From Octopus sinensis (lineage: Eukaryota): DNA of 64,000 bases. This document shows, piece after piece, positions 14,405-26,450 of the stretch (its first letter is position 1; each line of letters starts with the position of its first letter). The notes under the pieces are model-generated. The model was not told the DNA's origin and ran no database searches. It saw only the letters and a list, made by a program, of their open reading frames with translations. A program made the position numbers and the translations under genes. The stretch covers positions 133,672,001-133,736,000 of the forward strand of contig NC_043000.1 of the NCBI RefSeq assembly GCF_006345805.1, written 5' to 3'.

Positions 14405-14595
14405 GTAGTAGTAATAATAACATAGAGAAATAGCTTAGGAATGAGAACCCAGGTTCGAAATTTCCCCAAGACACATGAAGAAGGCTGGAGGGTATATCAG
14501 CCGAAACGTTGTGTTAATAACAAACAAGATGAGGACAAATATTCGTCGAATGTAAATAGTGTAAATAATTCCTCATCTCTTAAATATAGAACTGT
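14184..14595 (+). mobile_element. tRNA-headed SINE with hammerhead-like tail plus inverted partial copy
   Basis: A-box TGGCGTAGTGG (14279), B-box GAGTTCGATTCC (14322), (AAT)n spacer, then tail with hammerhead topology. 14184-14268 is the reverse complement of head and tail pieces. Confidence 0.75.
14471..14514 (+). ncRNA. Minimal type I hammerhead ribozyme motif (C3 mutated in this copy)
   Basis: ACAC-aTGAAGA-A-GGCTG(10-nt loop)CAGCC-GAAAC-GTT-GTGT. The inverted sibling copy at 14191-14197 retains CTGAAGA. Confidence 0.65.
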
Positions 14596-15587
14596 AAGTG
14601 GCATCACCCGTAACCTTTTGGAATACTCGGGAAGTGAAAAAATATTATGATGAGGCTAATGCGAATGGTATTGAGTTTCAATTGCCGCAAACAGACGGAA
14701 ATATCGATTTCTGATATGTGTAAGGATATAGTATGCTACATTAATCCCAGTAATTGACCAGTATCATATTCTTCACAGATTTAACTCGAGAAGGATAAAA
14801 GAAAAAAAAAAGATTTTGCCAGGATTTGATCCGTGAACGTAAAGTGCTGTAATTAAATATCGCAAAGCATTTATATCCGACATTCGACTTTGTCAATCGA
14901 CCACTGTAGAGCTGAAATAATAGCAACAAGATTGTTTCTCCTAGGAAATGCAGTTCTTGAAAGGAAGGTGACGGGAAAGAGTTAAGTGTAAACTTTGAAA
15001 AGCGCGATGCAGTAGGGGCGATAAAGAGCAGAGAAGGGGTTGCACTGGGTTAGCGTAGTTGTAGGGAGAGGTGGCTCGGTCAGTAAGTTTAGAAGCACTC
15101 GGGCTATCGTAGTGGGTATACGAGACAAATGGGAAATATAGCTTAACAAAAGGTCATTGTTTGGAATGTATTGGTAATATTAAACAGCTTTCCTATTAGG
15201 CAGACGACCTTATCTTCTAGGTTTGCATACTGAAAATATATATATATATTTATATGCCTGTATGTGTTCGTGTGTGAGTATTTACTTGTGTTTATCCCTG
15301 CATGTATTATATGTGTGATAATGCACAGTCCCGGTTATGTGATTAATATTAAATTGCAATTCAAATCATTCTTTATCGATGTCTTCTCCTCTGAGAGATG
15401 CTGTGTAACTAGCAGAGTTAACAATCAACTGAATTCTATTGGTTCGTTTGTCTGTTTATGGCGGATGGTGAGTTTAAATCAAATTAGCCACTACGTTTCA
15501 ATGTCTTGCAGTGAGTGGTAATTATAAACTTAATAAACGTCAATGTTTTTTGTGACTGTCATAATTCATTTTCTGGATACAATATCA

Positions 15588-15970
15588 ATTGTTGTTGTTG
15601 TTGTAGTAGTAGTAGTAGTAGCAGTAGTAGAAGCTGTGGTAGTTGTGGTGGTGGTGGTAGTAGTAGCAGCAGTAGTAGTAGTAGTTGTGGTGGTGGTAGT
15701 TGTGGTGGTGGTGGTAGTAGTAGTGTTGGTGGTGGTAGTAGTAGTGGTGCTCGTAGTAGTGGTAGTAGTAGTGGTGCTGGTAGTAGTGGTAGTAGTAGTG
15801 GTGGTGGTGATGGCGGTAGTAGTAGTGGTGATGGTGATGGTAGTAGTAGTAGTAGGGGGAAGTGGATGAGGAGATGGTCATTGTCGTGGTGGTAATAGTC
15901 GCTGTCGTTGTGGTTTTGAAGGTGGTATGAGGAAGAGGAGCTACTGTAATGCTGGTGGTGGTGGTGGTGC
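15588..15970. repeat. Compound (GTA)n/(GTG)n trinucleotide microsatellite
   Basis: Direct inspection; gives spurious poly-V, poly-S/G and poly-H/Y ORFs. Confidence 0.95.
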
Positions 15971-16709
15971 TGATCTTCATAGCAGCCATAAGGAGTGAGT
16001 GAGTAGTCTATATCGCTTGTATTATGGTGGCGATAGCATATCTGGTGATGGAACAGTTGATATTTGGAAACTGTTTAAAACGACTTTGGCTCAATGATTT
16101 ATGTGAGGCTATAGCTGCAATCGATATTTATCATACCAGAACTCATATACATCATTATAGAGTGTTTGTAATCTTTTTTTTAACGTAATAACACTTCTCC
16201 AAACTAAATCAAATATTTTGCATCAGTTTAATTAGTTGGTAATAGTTTCACAGTATGTATAATTAATAGAGATAGAGAGATGCTGAAGATAACCGATGAA
16301 AATACTCTGGAAAACTAGATAAATAGAAATCAGTCCTGCTTCGACGCTAGTTTGTTAAATTGGTTGCTTCATGTCGGCAACCTGTTCATTAATTGTTAAT
16401 TAGAGGCTGTACAGTCTGGACTGCATCCAAAAGTGACCATCCACCTGATAAATAGGCTTCATTTAGCAATACCTCTTAGTCAAATATTACTCATTAACTT
16501 GTGCTCTCCTGGTATCTTTTACCACAGCTGTTTTTGTTTTTTTTAGCCCTGAACTGTGTTCACTCATTCCTCTCGCTCTTCCTTCGTCACTATTCCTTTG
16601 TTTCACTCCTAAGACTTGATACTCAAATCGTCAACTGCTTCGGCGCGTATATTTGATCCATCAACAACTGATCCGAAAGAAAAAAAAAATCAGAATTATT
16701 ATCAATCGT

Positions 16710-17120
16710 AGAGTGGCTGTGTGATAAGTAGCTTGCTTACGAACCACATGGTTCCGGATTTAAGTCCCACTGCGTGGCACCTTAGGCAAGTGTCTTCTAC
16801 TATAGCCTCGGGCCGACCAAAGCCATGTGAGTGGATTTGGTAGACGGAGACTGAAAGAAATCCGTCGTATATATGTATATGTATATATATATATATGTTT
16901 GTGTGTATATGTTTGTGTTTGTTTTTGTCCCCCCAACATCACTTGACAACCGATGCTGGTGTGTTTACGTCCCCGTAACTTAGCGGTTCGGCAAAAGAGA
17001 CCGATAGGATAAGTACCAGGCTTACAAAGAATAAGTCCTGGGGGTCGATTTGCTCGACTAAAAGGCGGTGCTCCAGCATGGCCACAGTCAAATGACTGAA
17101 AGGAGTAAAAAACAAAGAGT
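16710..17120 (+). mobile_element. SINE family B (tRNA head, CORE-like CCTTGGGCAAGT, internal (TA)/(TG) tract)
   Basis: Full-length copy. Relatives at 708-1100, 2615-2780, 7790-8020, 44490-44630, 47960-48370, 49515-49900, 50598-50965 (-) and 57820-57968 (-). Confidence 0.85.
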
Positions 17121-17469
17121 AATCGTATTAACTTTATCAGTTTTTATCGTCCAATCATGGAATGTTTGGGAAGGCTGGTAGTAAGCGCACTCTTCAAACG
17201 AAATTATAAAGCAGCATTGACTGACTGATTCATAATCGGTCAACAGTCAGTAAGAAACCAAATAGTTACTGACTAGAGAGTGATGAAAAGTATATAGCGC
17301 TTCCAGCTATTACATTTTCCTTTTATTCAATGGATTGCTCTCGAGAAAGTGGTTGCGTCCATTGTCGTCACAAGACTTCCAAAACAGGAGAGAGCAATGT
17401 GATTGATGTTCTACTTATCTTTTAAGTCAGTGACTGCTGGTAAAATATGACTGAGGTAACATTTTAGAA

Positions 17470-18732
17470 AACTGATGTTTAGCTCTCTAAAGTCCAGCAC
17501 CGGTCTGACTTGCCCCTTTCGTCGGCTGCACCACCGCCATCAGAGGTAGCACTCCGCTCACCACCTCCTCCTTCCACGGGACAAGGACTCCTTCCTCGAT
17601 CCATCTCTCTACCTCGTCTTCGCACTCGACCCTGGCGTGACATTTCAGAGTACGCTGGTAGCAGCTTACCCTGTTCTTCAGCATCGGGGGCTCGTCTTTC
17701 CATCGCCACTCTATCGTCCACCACTGACCATCGAACCACGCTTGAAAATCCTTGTCCTGAATGGTGTAAGCAGCACAGTCCCTCGCGGAGCTCTGCTCTC
17801 TCTGGCGATCCTGACTCACAGCGCACGACGCCCCACGCTTCTGAACGTGACCTCATCTGCAATATTGACACCACCGAGGCAGTTGATGGCGTCCATCTCT
17901 ATCACCACATCAACCTCGACTTTCACGCATTCGATCACAATTACCTGCAGCCTTATCGTCGCGCCTCGCACCGCTATCTCTACATTGCTGCTGCCCTTGC
18001 ATTGGATTTCGCTGCCGTCGACCGCCCCGACGATACTTGCCCCATTCCATTTCTTCGTCACCATTAGAGTCACGATGGTGGTCATGCAACCCGTATCCAC
18101 GAGGGCCTTGAACGTCTTCTCCTCGGCCTCGACATCAATTACGGGCAGCGTCTCCAAAAGCGCCTCTACTCGTTTGCGGGGAAATTTCGAGAGGCAGCAA
18201 CTTCCCCACGGTCGTTTCCCTGGTCGCAATCACGGGCGGTGTGCCCTGTCTGCCTGCATCGATAGCAGACGGGCCCCGGTTGCGTACACTCCTTCGCCAT
18301 GTGTGACCCCTGACATTTAAAACACCTGATTTTACGCATCCAGAATACTACATAGCCCTCACCATTAAAGGGCCTGATAACGTCGCTGACGATCTTAATT
18401 TTAGCTGCCATCGTGGTGACGTCTTATGTGGAGTGTCGAAATAGCTTGTGGTGAATGCGGGAGATTAGAAGTAAGACACCTACCTTCTCTTCGTCGACGC
18501 AGACCTCCCCGGTGATAACATACCCTTCCACGCGGCCCGACCCGAAACGCTAAAAATAGCAGCTGTTGTTTCTCACCTTGTCGAAGCGCTCACACGTCCA
18601 GCACTCTCGGTTACCCCGATCGAAGAAAGGCCCAATCGTCCCCTGCCTGCGCGCGCGTCACCTACGCGCCCTTCCTCTTCTAGTCAGCTCCCAAGTTCCG
18701 GTCAGCTCCCCAGCTGCTGACGTCATCCTACA
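17470..18732 (-). mobile_element. Gypsy/Ty3-type LTR retrotransposon 5' fragment (LTR, deleted gag, protease, start of RT)
   Basis: GC-rich. Two CCHC knuckles (CFKCQGSHMAKEC, CYRCRQTGHTARDC), aspartic protease ALVDTGC, RT start (LPLMAVVQ...VRPVLDFREL); frameshifted. Putative LTR TGTAG...CCACA at 18732-18427. Confidence 0.85.
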
Positions 18733-18827
18733 GATGAATGATTTTCATTTCAATTAATTGGATGGCCTTTTTTCCCCTACATTATAGGATGTCTGTGTCT
18801 GCAGCACCAATACCAGCACCAGCTAGT

Positions 18828-19190
18828 GGAGGCGCATTGGCCCAGTGGTTAGGGCAGCGGACTCGCGGTCGGAGGATCGCGGTTTCGATTCCCAAACCGG
18901 GCGTTGTGTGTGTTTATTGAGCGAAAACACCTAAGAGCTCCACGAGGTTCCGGCAGGGGATGGTGGCGACCCCTGATGTACTATTTCGCTCCAACTTTCT
19001 CTCACTCTTTCTTCCTGTTTCTTGTCCCCGACTTCCTACGCAACCCTGAGCCTGGAGGCGCATTCATCCATCCGTCGATGCTGTCGGTGTCGGGGGTTGG
19101 CCTGCTTACTCTTCTGCGGGTCTTACGAATAGCAAAGGACCACGTTTCGGACTTCTCCCACTACGAACGAAGACCGCTTCGCTCAACAGC
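18828..19190 (+). mobile_element. SINE family C (tRNA head GGAGGCGCA.TGGCCCAGTGGTTAG)
   Basis: A and B boxes present. Relatives at 37486-37822 and 55935-56237 (-) have different tails. Confidence 0.8.
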
Positions 19191-19679
19191 AACAGCAACC
19201 AGCACCAGCAACACCGTCCTAGATCTGAGAGTATGTGGAAACTAGTTGATTACTACTTTGTTATTGATTATTTATTGCACTGTTTCGGAGATTTCCTGGA
19301 TTTCAGTTCATAGTCATTGCAGATATAATCCTATCCGACAGAAAAATCAACAATCACATGGAATGTATTATATAAATATATGCTGAGTGAAAAAAAAAAG
19401 TAAGCGGGCATAAATCAGGATTTTAAGCTTTAGAATATCCATTAGATATTATGGAGAGTAATTTGATATAAATTTGTTTTCAGCCTGATGTTTATTGGTG
19501 AGAAAAGGAAACTGCTTGCAGCTTTTATATGTACTATATAAATATTGATTTCAATTGACTAAGCAAATATGGCAGTATGGTTAAAAAGTTCACTTCACAT
19601 ACACATAAGGACTGCAGCTCGGACACTTTTTGCTATTATAGTCTCGGTTTAATCAATGCTTTAGGGATTTGGGCTGTTT

Positions 19680-20300
19680 TGCCTGTGATTATTTTGTGCA
19701 TTTCGAGTGCCTTTTTCAATATTGGGTCTTGCTTCAAAAATGGAATGTTTTGATCGATAATGAATGTTTCTATATTTCTTGGGTTTGTTTTGTAATATAA
19801 GACAGAATATTGGTTGAAATTAGATTATTTTTTTTTTTTTTAGTATTTCGTAATTTTTGAATGCTTATTGATTTGGTATGTTGTATTCCGTTATCAGTTA
19901 ACATTGTTTAGTCTATTCTTTCAATTTGTATTTGTTTTCATTCTAAGTTTTTTTTTTCATCTCGTGTTCCAAAATTCGAAATAATTGTGCATATTCTTGG
20001 TGCTAAATTAAACAGTTTATTCTTCGTGTTTTGGTTGGCATGATGTATGTAATAAATGTTGTTTAGACTCTGTTGGTTTGTAGCGGGTGTCAGTCCCGAT
20101 GTCTGTGTCGGTTTTTATGATTAAAATATCCCAGAAGGGTAGTTGATTGTGATTGTATTCCAATGTGAAATTATTTTGCTACTTATATTATTAATTTGAG
20201 TTTTGAAATCAATACGTTGATCAAGATGGATGGTCCACTGAGTTGGGCATCCATCCAAGTAACGTTTCCAATTGTCTACAAGATACTTGTGGATACTGAG
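19680..20300 (-). mobile_element. Penelope-like element RT/thumb remnant
   Basis: Degenerate minus-strand translation FTLEYNHNQLPFWDILIIK..TDTRYKPTESKQHL.HTSCQPKHTK...FNLAPRICTIIS matches PLE RT C-terminal motifs. Confidence 0.75.
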
Positions 20301-21439
20301 ACCTGTTCATACATTTGAACTTTTAGATGTTCCAAATACTATGAGGAATAATAGTTTCTTAAACTATAGAGACGCTGAATAACTAATGCTTTGTTATCGG
20401 GAAGTACTGAATTCAGTGGTCAAAACTGGATATGGATAAACAGTTGAAAGAGGAAGAGAAGAGGCGACAAGTGGCAATGAGACCATTGGTAATGTAAACA
20501 CAAAATGGACTTCGGAACTTTGTCACATAATATGTGTCTTCGCTCTTCTCCTTTGTTACCTGAAAATATTCATTTCCAAACCCAAAGCACTGAAACCAAG
20601 TAACTAGACATAGCATAGAGTTTTAGGTAGATTTTATCTTGTAAGTAAAACCTAATCAAATGGTCGATAGTTTCCAATCAGGCCATCAGTAACCATTGTG
20701 TTCCGCCTTTCAACAAAGACGAAACTAAATATTATAACAAAATGCCCAGGAACACAAGAAATATCTAACGACAATGATATAATATGAACTCACCTTTCGA
20801 GTCGTGAGAGCTTCACAGTCACCACTCGGCCATTGCAATTCTTCCTACTCAAAGAAACTCACCAAGTGGTTTGTTATTCATTAGAAAACAAATTTTAAAA
20901 CCTTATCAATCATTGGTGACAGAGGAGAATATATATTTTATTCATAAGAAAATGGTTGAGAAAAATCAATAAATTAAATTATTTTACGGGTTTCTCTTCG
21001 TTTAATTTTCTCTTTTATACTTCTAGTAATAATATTTTGAGGTATTTATGTATAAGTTCTCAAAGAAGTCACATTAGTTTTAGTGTTGCAAATAATGATT
21101 TTATTATTTTCCTGAGTATAATGCAGTACAAAATATTACAATAAACAATGAAGACTTGCTTTGACATAATACCACAAATCTGTCGAGGATAAGTAGGATA
21201 GTTGACTGAATAGACTGAATTAAACGACTGGTGCTTATTGATACCAGAACGATGAAAGACAAATTCAGTTCCAGTCGATTTGAAATCAATATCAAGATAG
21301 TCTGAAACTCGATACCATTTCTGCTTCTATACGGTTTTTCATTGCGTATATTGATACATATAATCAGGCATAAAATTAGACGTAATGGGTACGAATGCCG
21401 GTTGATTAGCAGAGTATAACATTGAGCAAAATTCTTTGT

Positions 21440-23700
21440 CTTCTTACCATTTTTGTGTTATTACATAACCCCTAGCTGATCTTAATTATAAAACAGCATT
21501 ATTGTATTTTATAGTTGAGGTCTGTGTGGTGGTAAAGCTGGAAGTTTCAATGAGTTTTAAAACATTTTCTACAACAGTATCTATTAACCTGTAGGTATGA
21601 CTATTTCTTGACAGCAACTACAAATGTTGCCATTTGATACTGTTGATTCAAGTTTCTTTTTTGTTTGTTTGTTGTGTGTGTGTGTGTGTTACTTAATGAT
21701 GTCTCAGATCGTAGAACTCTTTCAGTACCAATTCGTTTACCCTTGTAACAACTGTTGATTCAAGTTTCTTTTTTGTTTGTTTGTTTGCGTGTGTGTGTGT
21801 GTGTGTTACTTAATGATGTCTCAGATCGTAGAACTCTTTCAGTACCAATTCGTTTACCCTTGTAACAACTGTGCCTGGTTCCTGGCACAATTTAGAGCTG
21901 CAAATAAATATCCAAAACGATTGAACTTCGTTTCTGTAGAAAGTTTAAAGATCTTAACTTTGATCCAAAGCGATGAAGATTTTCGTCAAGCACAGATTTA
22001 ATCGGACTTTGTTACTTTCCGGTTTAGCGGAGAAGTCTTGGAGAAAATCGACTGAAAACACCCTACTACTGCTTTCATTTGAGATTTGTTCACGTAAATC
22101 TTGCAATGACCTGTCCAGGGCCTCCGGAACTCCCTTAGTCATTATGAATTCATGCAGAATAATCATTTAGCACCTCTTAAGAACTTTTCCGGTTCCTGAA
22201 TTCTTGACAAATTTGCAAACAGTTGCCTTATTTGTACCGAGAAGAACTTTGAAAATAGACTGTGCAGTACGGCTCCTCTAAGCATTTCCACACTCAGTTG
22301 CAATAACTGAAGAAATAGCATCAATGCCTGCATCTCTATGTTTATGTCCAGTCTATTGCTTGTCAAATTGATTAGTATTCCAGATCAGTATATTTGACAA
22401 ACACTTCACTGATCAGGAATGCTGTTCCAGTTCTACCAGAAACATCAAGAAAGCAAGTTTCAGCTTCTTGTTGCCAAACATAGTAAAAAATAGAAGATTG
22501 AAATGAGTTTCGGTTCATTGCCATTAATATATGATATAAAGTGCTTACATTATATGGCGTCTATTACAAAATTTCTGCTGCTGGATTATCGACTTCAGTG
22601 TACTTGAGTTGAGGGAGACCATATTTTTGAAGTTCTTGACCATTTATATATTTAAATTGGTTGAAGAAGGATATTTTATAGATTTCATCTGTGTACTCTC
22701 TGTTTCCATTCCGGAGTACATTTATCTTCGGAAAGAACATACGATACTTGGACGGTTTGCAGTGTTTTAACAGTATGGTGAAAAGAATGCTTAAGGTCTT
22801 GGCTGTTTCAGATACAGAAGATTCTGACAATGTTGCATCCAGATCGCATCATTTTTCAATAATCCAAGTATAAAACAAGTCTCCCTGTAGCTGGTGCAAA
22901 CTTCCCTATTGACCGTTCAAAGATCTTGAAATCAACTCGTGCCTTATGCAGAAGTCGAAGAAAGAAGTTTTCCTGTTAGGTAGTATGAACAGTATCCTGT
23001 CTTCCAATGGATTTGTCAGAGCTTATGTCAGGCTGACCTTCAATAAGGACCGTTTCATTGCTTACTATTCCTTGTATATTTGGACAGAACCCTAGGGTTC
23101 AAAGGAATCATATTGGCACAGCATAAAAAAGGTTGTAAACGTTGTATCTCTTCGATTTCGTTTGTAATTTTGTTTATGCAGTTGCTTGAGTAAAGTAAAT
23201 CCGTTGGCTTTTTCTAAGTGGACTGCAAAATCTTTGATGCTATCTTCAGGAATGGGGAAAAAAATGAAATAGTGACAGAGACTCTCATTGCTACTGATGA
23301 TTTGCTCTTGCTTGGAATAGGCTTACTTTATCACAATCGTTTTGCTTCGTCGGAGCAAACATTACAACGTCAGGGTCCCTGGTGATATACTCGCAGAAAC
23401 ATTTGATGAACATTATTAAATTATATAACTCAAAATTGATGCATGCATTAAATGTGTTGGTCAAGGTCGAGCAATAAGGAACTGTTGTCCAACCAAGTAA
23501 GAAAGACTCCTTTTTCTGCAAAAGAAACAGCCATCTTTATCTGTTTGAGTCTCCTTCGCAAATTGTCTGTAAACCTTTTGGTACACTTGCTATCTTCCAG
23601 GCAAGGTTAATTCTTGTTAAAGTCACCACAGGGAATGTAAATCAAGTTTTATCAATACTGAAGAGCTTTTTTTTTCCTTGCACGAGTCTGGATGCCCTGC
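21440..23700 (-). mobile_element. Highly degenerate Helitron Rep/helicase remnant
   Basis: Fragments in the expected order: WTTVPYCSTLTNTFNACINFE..FIK.FCEYI.RDPD; LSILFTILLKHCKPS; EALDRSLQDLR...VDFLQ; NSLKLPALPPH...LCNNTKM (PIF1-like motifs). Many stops and frameshifts. Confidence 0.8.
21639..21872 (+). repeat. Local tandem duplication (~112-118 bp unit x2) containing a (TG)n tract
   Basis: ACTGTTGATTCAAG...CCCTTGTAACA repeated at 21639 and 21751. Confidence 0.9.
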
Positions 23701-23834
23701 AAGAATCAATTTATTAACTGAGTCAAAATATGGCATTAGTGATGAAAGAATAATTTGTAGCAAATTGTAACTTAAAAGGAAGTCTACATTTGCCCGTGAC
23801 CCTTAATCTGAATTCACGGCCATAAAATTTGACT

Positions 23835-24045
23835 TGCCGGAGCTGGCAGAAACGTTAGCACGCCAGGCGAAATGCTTAGCGATATTTCGTCTGTCTTTAT
23901 GTTCTGAGTTCAAATTCCGCCGAGGTCGACTTTGCCTTTCCTCCTTTCGGGGTCGATAAATTAAGTACCAGTTGTATATTGAGGTCGATCTAATCGACTG
24001 AACCCCCTCCCCAAAAATTTCGGGCCTTGTGCCTAGAGTAGAATC
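23835..24045 (+). mobile_element. SINE family A monomer (alternative tail)
   Basis: Head plus core plus CCTTGTGCCTAGAGTAGAA tail; similar copies at 26077-26290 and 56250-56650. Confidence 0.85.
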
Positions 24046-25161
24046 TTAAAATAATTAAAATCAGTTGCAAGTTCCAAAATAATTAATCAACAGCAAGTTG
24101 GCATTAATTAAGTCTTCGGGTAAAAGTCTTATCTTATTAAATAGAAATACATAACGAAAGAAAAAGAGAAATACAATGCAATAGAGAGAAAAAGAAATAG
24201 AACCAAAAACACTCGAACGCGAAAAGTTTTCAATGAGTTTCAGGAAGAGGGGTAGAACAGAAAAAACTTAATTCAGCACTGTAGTGACCGTGGAGAAGTA
24301 GGAGATAGTTAAATACAACAGAAGAGGAAGAAAAAGGACGTACGTTCGTACAAGTGTGCGCGCACACACACACACACACACACACTTTGTAATAAAGAAA
24401 TGGAATAAAAGTTAGCACCGCCTTTAATTGGATTTAGTTATGTTTTCAATACTTTAGAGTCTTGGCAAATAAGTATATTACATAGACAATGAAAAACGTG
24501 TCCTAAGTCAAAGGAGAAGTTTTTACCTGATCTTTCGATATGCTAGAAATAACTGAAAATCCTGCTTCAAATTACCCTCTATTCTGTCAAAGATAAAAAG
24601 GGCGGACATTTTAGTCGGCGTGTTTTTAGGTACACTGTATGTGAAAAGAAAGACTTTGGTCATAGGTCTGTCTAATCATGGCTGACAGACTAAACAGCAA
24701 CAATGCTACCAGCACTGTCTATTTGGAAAGTATTGTGTGGGACATATAAAATAAATATCACGTGAAAAACTCGAAATACTAGATTTGAATGAGTAACATG
24801 AATTCAGTTAAGATTACTGACGAGTTAATTATATAGCAAGACGAAGTTTTCTCGTTCGGGATGGCGTACTTTTGTTAAAACGTTTGGAGATATATGGCTC
24901 TTTGTAATAAAATTATTATTAGGCTCTTTTCAAATAATCATTAGTCCCTTTTTAGTGCCTTCTATAGAGACTAACAGATGAAAATAATGGATAACATTTT
25001 ACATATAATTATGAGATACGTTTTTAATACGTTGGGGTAAGATACTCGTAGTTCACTACTATCTTCAACAAAGGTGTAAATGTTTGATTTCCCAATCCTC
25101 ATCCCGAAGTGAATACGTGTAGTCGCCAACAAACGTAAGACTGATAACGAAAAGACAATCA

Positions 25162-25162
<1 letters not shown>

Positions 25163-25212
<50 letters not shown>

Positions 25213-25302
25213 GAGTGAGAGAGCAGTGCATGCCATCAAAGTGACACTGGGGTAAAATATACGAAGCCCAGTATACCCATCATGACTACCTGTCTGATAA
25301 GG

Positions 25303-25339
<37 letters not shown>

Positions 25340-25935
25340 TATTATTATTATTGTTGTTGTTTATTGAGTGAGAGAGCAGTACATGCCATCAAAGTGACAA
25401 TGGGGTAAAATATACGAAGCTCACTATATCTATCATGACTATCCGTCTGATAAGGGTACACCAGGCACATGCGTTACAACCATATGTGTGCAACATAGTG
25501 ATCATATATCAAGATAAACAATGCATGATCTTGCAGGTGGGATCCTGTTAGAATTTTCTTCAAATCGAGTAGCCCAGCCCGCTCAAAAGGTCCCTGAATA
25601 AGGATTGTTTGCGCATGTTGAACGAAACACCCATGTTTCTAGAGGTGAATTATTCAAACCCCAAAGAATTCCTCTCAACACATGGCTACGATGCTCCCCC
25701 ACTACTTCTGCTCGTAATCAGAGATGCACATATCGTCAGCCACTAAGGGACATACTCAATTGGTTACGGTCAAACAACTGACAAGCAAATCTGTGGTATT
25801 GAGCAGAATATTTGCTGTAACCCATCTTTTATACTAAGACAAAACATATACATGATAACACTTCGAATCAGTTAAAATCAGAAGTCATGAGAGCCAGTAT
25901 TATTATTATTATCATTATTATTATTATTATTATTT
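25163..25935. repeat. (TTA)n-embedded non-autonomous repeat, copy 2, with a duplicated end
   Basis: GAGTGAGAGAGCAGT...GATAAGGGT occurs at ~25213 and ~25366, separated and flanked by (TTA)n; homologous to 13445-13900. Confidence 0.75.
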
Positions 25936-26040
25936 AACTTACATCCTTTTGGGGTCGATAAAATAAAGTATCAGTCAAGTACTAGGGTGAATATAATCGG
26001 AAAATCCCCATCCGCTAAAAATGAATAACCTTGTACCAAA

Positions 26041-26075
<35 letters not shown>

Positions 26076-26076
26076 A

Positions 26077-26290
26077 AGGCGGTGAGTTGGCAGAGTCGTT
26101 TGTATGCCATGCGAAATACTTAGCGGTATTTCGTCTGCCGTTACGTTCTGAGTTCAAATTCCGCCGAGGTCGATTTTGCCTTTCATCCTTTCGGGGTCGA
26201 TTAAATAAGTACCAGTAACGCACTTGGGTCGATGTAATCGACTTACCCCTCCCCCAAATTTCAGGCCTTGTGCCTAGAGTAGAAAGGAAT
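26077..26290 (+). mobile_element. SINE family A monomer
   Basis: Same consensus, inserted in (TTA)n. Confidence 0.85.
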
Positions 26291-26312
26291 ATTATTATTG
26301 GTGGTGGCGGCG

Positions 26313-26343
<31 letters not shown>

Positions 26344-26345
26344 TG

Positions 26346-26376
<31 letters not shown>

Positions 26377-26450
26377 TAGTAGTAGTAGTACTTATCATTA
26401 GTAGCATTTTTATTTAGCACACTAGGTGCAAGATATTAGAATGGAATGTT

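Noticed and set aside
15515-15989. Gly/Ser-rich, poly-Val and His/Tyr-rich ORFs
   Set aside because: These are translations of a trinucleotide microsatellite, with no splice or homology support.
17510-18320. 185-aa and 227-aa plus-strand ORFs
   Set aside because: Antisense to Gypsy gag-pro; no motifs of their own.
20660-20700. WPDW-like motif as a FAXC terminal exon
   Set aside because: It is preceded by an in-frame stop; the real last exon is 40886-40962.
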